A stretch of 63,981 nucleotides of DNA, filler included, from an uncultured bacterium (GTDB taxonomy: Bacteria; CAYJOG01): NCBI GenBank assembly GCA_964371695.1. It is 7 parts of 7 records of this genome, joined end to end, with 100 filler letters (N's around TTAATTAATTAA, not from the genome) between each part and the next. Parts side by side here need not be neighbours in the genome. Positions count along the whole stretch, not along the records: positions 55,089 to 63,981 come from CAYJOG010000085.1; 6 more parts are not named here. One strand, 5' to 3'. Within the stretch, counting starts at the first letter, position 1. Every line of letters starts with the position of its first letter. Shown here one piece after another: positions 58,610-63,981 of this stretch. The notes beneath the pieces were generated by a model. That model saw nothing but the letters and a program-made list of their open reading frames with translations, made no database searches and had not been told where the DNA came from. The translations under genes were made by a program, and so were the position numbers.

Positions 58610-60319
58610 GTGAAGCGGGCAGACAAAGCCATGGCAGGGTGGGGCATGTTGGCCCTGCTGGCGTTGTTGTGGGCCATGCCGGTGCGGGCGAACGCCGAGG
58701 ACCCCTACCGCCCCCATCGTGCTGCCGCCCTGGGAGACCTGCGCAAGCTGGAGGCCCTGGTGCTGGCGGGGGCAGGTGTGGATTTGCAGTATGAAGAGGG
58801 GAACACGGCGGTGATCTGGGCGGCGCGCAACGGCCACGCCCACGTGGTGGAGTGGCTGGCCCAGCGGGGGGCCAGTCTGTTTCTGCGAGACCGTGACGGC
58901 AACACGGCCCTGGACTGGGCGGCTTTTCTGGGCCACGAAAAAGTGGTGGCAAAACTGGTGGACGCCGCCCCGCTGGACGCACAGGACGCCCAGGGCCGCA
59001 CCCCTCTGCATGAGGCCAGCCAGGGGGGGCACGCGGGTGTGGCCCGGCTGCTTATCAACTTTGGCGCGGCGGCAGACCTGCCCGATCAGGATGGCGACAC
59101 GCCCCTGCACTACGCCGCGAACGAGGCCGTGGCCCGTGTGCTGCTGAGCGCCTCTGCGCCGGTGAACGCCCGCAACAACGACGGCCTCACACCCCTGGCG
59201 CTGGTGGCGTGGGAGGGCAATCTGCCGCTGGCCCAGGTGTTGCTGGAAAACGGCGCAGAGGTGAACCAGGGCGACGACGCCGGTGAAACGCCCCTGCACA
59301 AGGCCATCCGGGCGGGACAGATGGACATGGCTGGCCTGCTGCTGCGCCACGGGGCCATGGCGGGCGCGCCCGACGACTTTGGTGAGTCTCCTCTTGAAGA
59401 AGCCGCGAGTCTGGGCCGGGAGAACCTGTCGGGCTTGCTGCTGGGTCTGGGGGTGAGTCCCGACACCCGCACGATGACCGGCCGCACGCCACTGATGAGC
59501 GCCGCCGCCGAGGGGCGTCTGCCCGTGGCGCTGCAACTGCTGGGGGCGGGGGCAGACCTGAGCGCCACCGACGGGTTGGGTTTCAGCGCCCTGCATCTGG
59601 CGGTGTCTGGCGGACACGGGGTCATGACGGCGCTGCTGCTCAAACAGGGCGCGCCGGTGAATCAGTTAAGCCAGGAAGGGCTGAGTGCCCTGCATTTTGC
59701 GGCGGCGGCGGGGGCCTTGAGCCTGAGCGAACTGTTGCTGTCGGCGGGGGCCAGTCCGTCGCCCGTGGACAATCAGCAGCGCACGCCACTGGGTCTGGCG
59801 GTGCGCTCCGGCCACGTGGCCCTGGCGAAAATTTTGCGCCAGCGGGGGGGGCGGGCCACCACTGCGGAACTCACCGCTGGTTTGCTCGAGGCCGTGATGG
59901 TGAACAATCCCCAGCACCTCAAAACTTTGGTGGCCTTTGGGGCAGACGTGAAAACCCTCTCGTCCAGCCTGCCCGCGCCGGTGGTTCTGGCGTCTGGCTC
60001 AAACCCGGCCCTGCCCGCCGTGGCCACGGGTTATGGACCGCTACACCTGGCCGCGTGGCTGAAGCGGCCCGCGCTGGTGCGGGTGTTGCTCAACCTGGGG
60101 GCAGACCCCAATCAGGCGGCCAGCGTGTTTGGTGATTGCCAGAGTTGCACGCCGCTGCACCTCGCGGCCCTGACAGGAGACGAAACCACGGCGTGGACGC
60201 TGATGGAAAAAGGCGCGAACCCCCAGTTGACCAATGCCCAGGGCCATACACCGGCGGTGCTGGCGCGGTCAAAAGGATTTTCCATGTTGGCCGAAAGGCT
60301 TGCGGGGCCAGTGCGGTGA
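58610..60319 (+). CDS. Exported long ankyrin-repeat protein (~14-15 repeats)
   Basis: Signal peptide; many G.T(P/A)LH.AA..G repeats; GTG 6 nt after TACAAT. Confidence 0.93.
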   Translation: MKRADKAMAGWGMLALLALLWAMPVRANAEDPYRPHRAAALGDLRKLEALVLAGAGVDLQYEEGNTAVIWAARNGHAHVVEWLAQRGASLFLRDRDGNTALDWAAFLGHEKVVAKLVDAAPLDAQDAQGRTPLHEASQGGHAGVARLLINFGAAADLPDQDGDTPLHYAANEAVARVLLSASAPVNARNNDGLTPLALVAWEGNLPLAQVLLENGAEVNQGDDAGETPLHKAIRAGQMDMAGLLLRHGAMAGAPDDFGESPLEEAASLGRENLSGLLLGLGVSPDTRTMTGRTPLMSAAAEGRLPVALQLLGAGADLSATDGLGFSALHLAVSGGHGVMTALLLKQGAPVNQLSQEGLSALHFAAAAGALSLSELLLSAGASPSPVDNQQRTPLGLAVRSGHVALAKILRQRGGRATTAELTAGLLEAVMVNNPQHLKTLVAFGADVKTLSSSLPAPVVLASGSNPALPAVATGYGPLHLAAWLKRPALVRVLLNLGADPNQAASVFGDCQSCTPLHLAALTGDETTAWTLMEKGANPQLTNAQGHTPAVLARSKGFSMLAERLAGPVR

Positions 60320-60404
60320 GCTGGAGACCGGAGGCTTGATGTTGGCGTTTGGAAGCTGGAGATTGGAAGTCGGTGAAAGAAAAAGGCCCCTCCTCGTTTC
60401 AGGC

Positions 60405-60432
60405 CATCATTCCCGCTTTCGGGGGAATGATG
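60405..60432. repeat. ATTCCC-N8-GGGAAT palindrome (dRS3-like)
   Basis: CATCATTCCC-GCTTTCGG-GGGAATGATG; related hairpin at ~9735-9756. Confidence 0.6.
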
Positions 60433-60510
60433 GCGGGGGAGGCGATGGGGTCTTTTCTTTAGCAGGCTGTTGATAAACACCCTGTTGGTGGTTCATCCAA
60501 TTTGAAATGA

Positions 60511-60624
60511 GTAGCAGCGATGTCCCCATCGCTGCCTTATTTGGTGCGGTAGTTTGCGAGGAGTCTTTCCAGATGCCCATTGGGGCATCTGGCCGAGCAA
60601 AGGCGATAGCGACACCGCACCTAC
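60511..60624. repeat. Inverted GTAG REP pair; second REP carries module B copy 3 (60551-60610)
   Basis: GTAGCAGCGATGTCCCCATCGCTGC ... GGTGCGGT-[60 nt]-GACACCGCACCTAC. Confidence 0.9.
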
Positions 60625-60715
60625 TCTTCATTTTGAAACAGAAAACCACGCGTGCGGTCGTGGCCCATTTGTTTTGGTGCATCACAGGTTTTTGCCAACT
60701 GGACCAGGAGGGCAC

Positions 60716-60751
60716 AAAAAAAAGGCTTCGCCGAAGCGAAGCCTTTTTTTT
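60716..60751 (-). terminator. Intrinsic (potentially bidirectional) terminator
   Basis: A-tract-GGCTTCG-CCGAAG-CGAAGCC-T-tract just downstream of the histone-like gene. Confidence 0.85.
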
Positions 60752-60776
60752 GAAAGCTGCCAATCGGCAGACACCC

Positions 60777-61076
60777 TTATTTTTTCTTGGCGGGAGCCTT
60801 TTTGGCCACGGTGGCTTTTTTCACCGGGGCCGCCTTTTTGGCGGCAGCGGCGGCCTTGGCAGGCGCCGCTTTTTTCGCCGCAGGTTTCGCGGCTACTTTT
60901 TTGGCCGCAGGTTTGGCGGCGGCCTTGGGAGCCGCTTTTTTCGCCGCAGGTTTCGCGGCGGCTTTTTTCACTGCGGGTTTGGCGGCGGCCTTGGGAGCCG
61001 CTTTTTTCGCTGCAGGTTTCGCAGCGGCTTTCTTCGGAGCCGCTTTTTTAGCGGCGGGTTTTTTTGCAATTGCCAT
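60777..61076 (-). CDS. Histone H1-like Ala/Lys/Pro-rich protein
   Basis: 99 aa made almost entirely of KPAAKKAAP repeats; SD-like GGGGG upstream and terminator downstream. Confidence 0.85.
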   Translation of the reverse strand: MAIAKKPAAKKAAPKKAAAKPAAKKAAPKAAAKPAVKKAAAKPAAKKAAPKAAAKPAAKKVAAKPAAKKAAPAKAAAAAKKAAPVKKATVAKKAPAKKK

Positions 61077-61286
61077 GAGTCAATCACCCCCCTTCTGTTG
61101 TGACGTAAAAGGGATGAACAAAGTGAGTGCAGCGGCGCTGCGACCAAAACCAGTGGCGGCGGCGAAGGGGCCTTTGCGCCCAGGGGTGGCGAACGAACCT
61201 TTGCGCCGGGCGGCCCGGTTCAACAGACTCCCCGGCGGCGGCGGTGGATGCTTTGCTGTGTGGAACACGCCGCGTAATAAAAAAAA

Positions 61287-61407
61287 TGTGGATGACCGTG
61301 GGCCATGGATGAAAACTGATGCACATTCTGCGACATTACGCGGCGCTGTCAAGTAGGATATTCACAAATTCACAACGCAAGAAAACTTATTCACACACTT
61401 ATTCACA
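61287..61407. promoter_or_regulatory. DnaA-box-like cluster
   Basis: TTATTCACA at 61387-61395 and 61399-61407; one-mismatch boxes at 61358-61366 and 61287-61295 (minus strand). Confidence 0.6.
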
Positions 61408-61419
61408 ACCGGAGGTTCC

Positions 61420-62250
61420 ATGGTGGACACGTCGCTCTCAACCCGTCTGGCAAAAAGTTTGCATCCCTTGCTTTTGGATCTACTGCACAAGCCCCTGCCC
61501 GAAGAACTGGACCGGGGAAAAATCACCCGCGCCGCACAGGAATGGATTGACCTGCTGAGCGCTTTTCACGAGGAACCCAAAAAGGAACTCAAGCACAAAA
61601 AACACCTGCGCGAGTGGATCATGCACCAACTCGAAGTGGACTGGGCCGAGGACATGGACGACGCCAAACTCAAAGAGGCGACGCGCATTATCCAGCGGCG
61701 CATTCTGGGCGAGCGCGAGCGCGAGGCGTTTGCCCGCTGCCAGAGCCGAGAGATATTGGTTTACCTCGAAGCGGTGGAAGACAAAGAGTGGAAGGCGCTG
61801 CTGCATGGCAGTCACTCGCTCGAAAAAATCTGTCGCCACTTTGAAGACGACGACGGCAAGTGGCAGCCCGCGCTGCTGGATCATCTGGACTTCGCCCTGA
61901 ATCTTTTGGAGCGGGTGTGGGGCAGCAGGCAGTTTGGCGCGTGGGTGGAGAAGGGATTGGTCCCCGTGTTGCAGGCCCAGATTGACGATGCTCCCACGGC
62001 GCTGCCGCTGGAAAAAGCCGTGGCCAAAGTGTGGGAGTTCACCAAGGTGGAAAAGTGTCTGGTACACGCGTTCCCCGCGCTGCTCCTGGGGGACCTGGTG
62101 ATGTCTGGGCTGAAGGGCGCGCTCGGTAACGACGGCGTGAAAACCCCCATCGAGGCCATCCGCAATCTGTTGGTGCAACTGCTGCGCACCGTGCTGAAAG
62201 AAGCCGACACCAAGGAGCTGAAAAAATGGGTGAAGGCCCTGAAGGTTTGA
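61420..62250 (+). CDS. Hypothetical helical protein
   Basis: GGAGG SD and host-like codon usage; no motif recognised. Confidence 0.8.
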   Translation: MVDTSLSTRLAKSLHPLLLDLLHKPLPEELDRGKITRAAQEWIDLLSAFHEEPKKELKHKKHLREWIMHQLEVDWAEDMDDAKLKEATRIIQRRILGEREREAFARCQSREILVYLEAVEDKEWKALLHGSHSLEKICRHFEDDDGKWQPALLDHLDFALNLLERVWGSRQFGAWVEKGLVPVLQAQIDDAPTALPLEKAVAKVWEFTKVEKCLVHAFPALLLGDLVMSGLKGALGNDGVKTPIEAIRNLLVQLLRTVLKEADTKELKKWVKALKV

Positions 62251-62275
62251 TCCTGTTTTGCAGGGGGCACTGACC

Positions 62276-63981
62276 ATGAAAAACTTTTTGCCCCGATGGT
62301 GGCTGTGGCTGCTGCCTTGTCTGTTTTTTTTCACGGGTCAGCGGGCCGGTGCGGTCACCGCGCTTTTTCAGAATGGGGAAGGTTGGTTTGACGCGCCTTT
62401 TCCCTCGGCCCGGTGGTCGCGGCCCGATGGCGGCTTGATTTTGCCGCCCCTGCCCAAAAAGGCAGACAAGGAGATGAAGAATCTGTGGAAGGGGTTTGAG
62501 ACAGACAACCAGGGTTTTTCTGTCGCGCCGCTGGTGGTGTTTCCCCTGAGTGGCGCGCTGGACGAAAAAAAACTCCCCGATCACCCCCGCGAAACCATCC
62601 TGCGCACCGCGCCTGTTTTTCTCATGGCCATTCAGCCGGGCGCGCGGGATTACGGCCTGCTGTATCCGCTGAAAGTGTGGCAGGTGAAGGCAGACAAGGG
62701 CGAAAAAGCAACGCACTATCTGGTGTTCTCGCCCATGCCGGGTGTGACGCTGGAGCCGGGCGCGTGGTACGCAGCCGTGCTCACCACCCACCTGAAAGAC
62801 AAAAAGGGCGGAGCACTCAAGGCCGACATGCCTTTTCTCAGTGTGTTTGCCAACACGCGCCGGGCCGGTGCGGTGGGGTTTGGTTTTGGCCTGCTGCATC
62901 AGGCCATGGCCGCACGCCAACTGGACCTGCGTACGGTGGCCGCCGCCACGGTTTTTCAAACGGGCAAACCCTTTGACGAAATGTTTCAACTGGCGGAATA
63001 TCAGCGCACGCTCAAGACACCGGTGTTCGCGCCCCAGGGCAAAAGCGAGCAGAACAAAACCTTTTGCCGTCAGGACGGCCACGTGGACCTGCCGTTGTTC
63101 CGGCATCCCAAACAGCAGCGGATGTGGTTCAAGCTGGGGGGACAACCCGCACAATTCGGTGTGCGCCCCCTCACGGTGTCGCTTTTTATTCCCGCCCGCC
63201 CCGTGCCGGGTCCGGGTTTTCCCGTGGTGGTGGTAGAAGAGCCGGACGGTGGCCTGAAAAATGCCGGTGTGCTCTCGGCGGTGAAAGCCCTGAGCGCACA
63301 GGGCGTGGCGGCTGTGGTGCTGCACGAGGAGTCCAATTCCAAAATGATTGAGGCTGATTTTTTTCAGGTCCGTGATTTCTTCCGCCAGCGGGCGGTGGAT
63401 GTCATCGGTGCCGGGGCCATGATGCGTGAAGCGGTTTTCTCACGGGAGATGTGTCCGGCGGCGGCCTTCAAGATACGGTTTTCTCGTCTGGAAACCGGCC
63501 TTTGGGGTATTGGTAATGGAAGTGGGGTCGCCGCATCCGCTTTGGGTGCGGGCAAGTTTTGGCGGTCAGGTGTTTTTTCGGAAAGCGCCCATGTGTGGTG
63601 GTTGGGGAACGTCGTGCTTCTGCCTATTTTGGAACCTTGGCAAGGTGCAGAACATGTGGAATCCCTGTTGACCATCATGTCCTTTGAAAAAAGCTTCGAG
63701 AATATGGTCGCTCCCAAGTGGTTGTTGAATCCACCACCGGCCACGCCGCCCAAACATGTCCTGCTGATTGGCGACGCAGAAGAAGACGGGGCGCTGGCCC
63801 TGGCCGGTGGCCTGGAGGCTGCGGGTGAGTTCCCCAAAAAACTCAAGCGGGTGATTGAACAGAACGCCATGGTGGGTCTGAAACAGCGGCCCCTGCCCGT
63901 GCGCTCCAACCAGCGTTATGGCCCCATGGCGGTGACGGCGGCGTGGGTTTTTCCGGCGCGGGACAAAAAAAAGAATTGGAC
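62276..63981 (+). CDS. Exported alpha/beta-hydrolase-like protein (extracellular lipase-like family), runs off the window, absent from the ORF track
   Basis: Signal peptide MKNFLPRWWLWLL...AGA; APFPS, GFS...FPLSGALD..LP, YAAVLT..LKD, ATVFQTG, GFPVVV, RDFFRQ.AVD. Confidence 0.7.
   Translation, partial: MKNFLPRWWLWLLPCLFFFTGQRAGAVTALFQNGEGWFDAPFPSARWSRPDGGLILPPLPKKADKEMKNLWKGFETDNQGFSVAPLVVFPLSGALDEKKLPDHPRETILRTAPVFLMAIQPGARDYGLLYPLKVWQVKADKGEKATHYLVFSPMPGVTLEPGAWYAAVLTTHLKDKKGGALKADMPFLSVFANTRRAGAVGFGFGLLHQAMAARQLDLRTVAAATVFQTGKPFDEMFQLAEYQRTLKTPVFAPQGKSEQNKTFCRQDGHVDLPLFRHPKQQRMWFKLGGQPAQFGVRPLTVSLFIPARPVPGPGFPVVVVEEPDGGLKNAGVLSAVKALSAQGVAAVVLHEESNSKMIEADFFQVRDFFRQRAVDVIGAGAMMREAVFSREMCPAAAFKIRFSRLETGLWGIGNGSGVAASALGAGKFWRSGVFSESAHVWWLGNVVLLPILEPWQGAEHVESLLTIMSFEKSFENMVAPKWLLNPPPATPPKHVLLIGDAEEDGALALAGGLEAAGEFPKKLKRVIEQNAMVGLKQRPLPVRSNQRYGPMAVTAAWVFPARDKKKNW

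Noticed and set aside
39461-60610. Repeated 60-mer or REPs as a CRISPR array
   Set aside because: Copies are dispersed, with no repeat-spacer periodicity and no cas genes.

Overview
This is a ~60-65% GC bacterial genome bin, probably diderm (secretin, lipoproteins); I cannot assign a phylum. The window is seven ~9-kb contigs in decreasing length order, joined by 100-nt N/TTAATTAATTAA linkers, so adjacency across linkers means nothing. Coding content is mostly housekeeping: glyQ/glyS, thiDN, anmK, plsC, tyrA, lepA, comM, murJ, hisB, ribF, methylmalonyl-CoA mutase with two meaB, rpsB-tsf, rplM-rpsI, argCJBD and tRNA-Asn. There are also an MCP, a secretin/Ig-like locus, a GT2/PIG-L/GT-C locus, three ankyrin proteins, a low-GC AbiTii-like gene and a histone-H1-like gene. 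The most unusual signals are non-coding. (1) Palindromic repeat elements inside four operon junctions are each spanned by a short 'bridge' ORF that starts at the upstream stop codon and ends at or near the downstream start, apparently relaying translational coupling. (2) An identical 60-nt hairpin module sits in the loops of three different REP-like palindromes, with empty alleles in the same window. (3) About 14 genes have a TANNNT -10 box 5-10 nt before the start codon and no Shine-Dalgarno, suggesting pervasive leaderless expression. All calls are by eye; no database searches were run.
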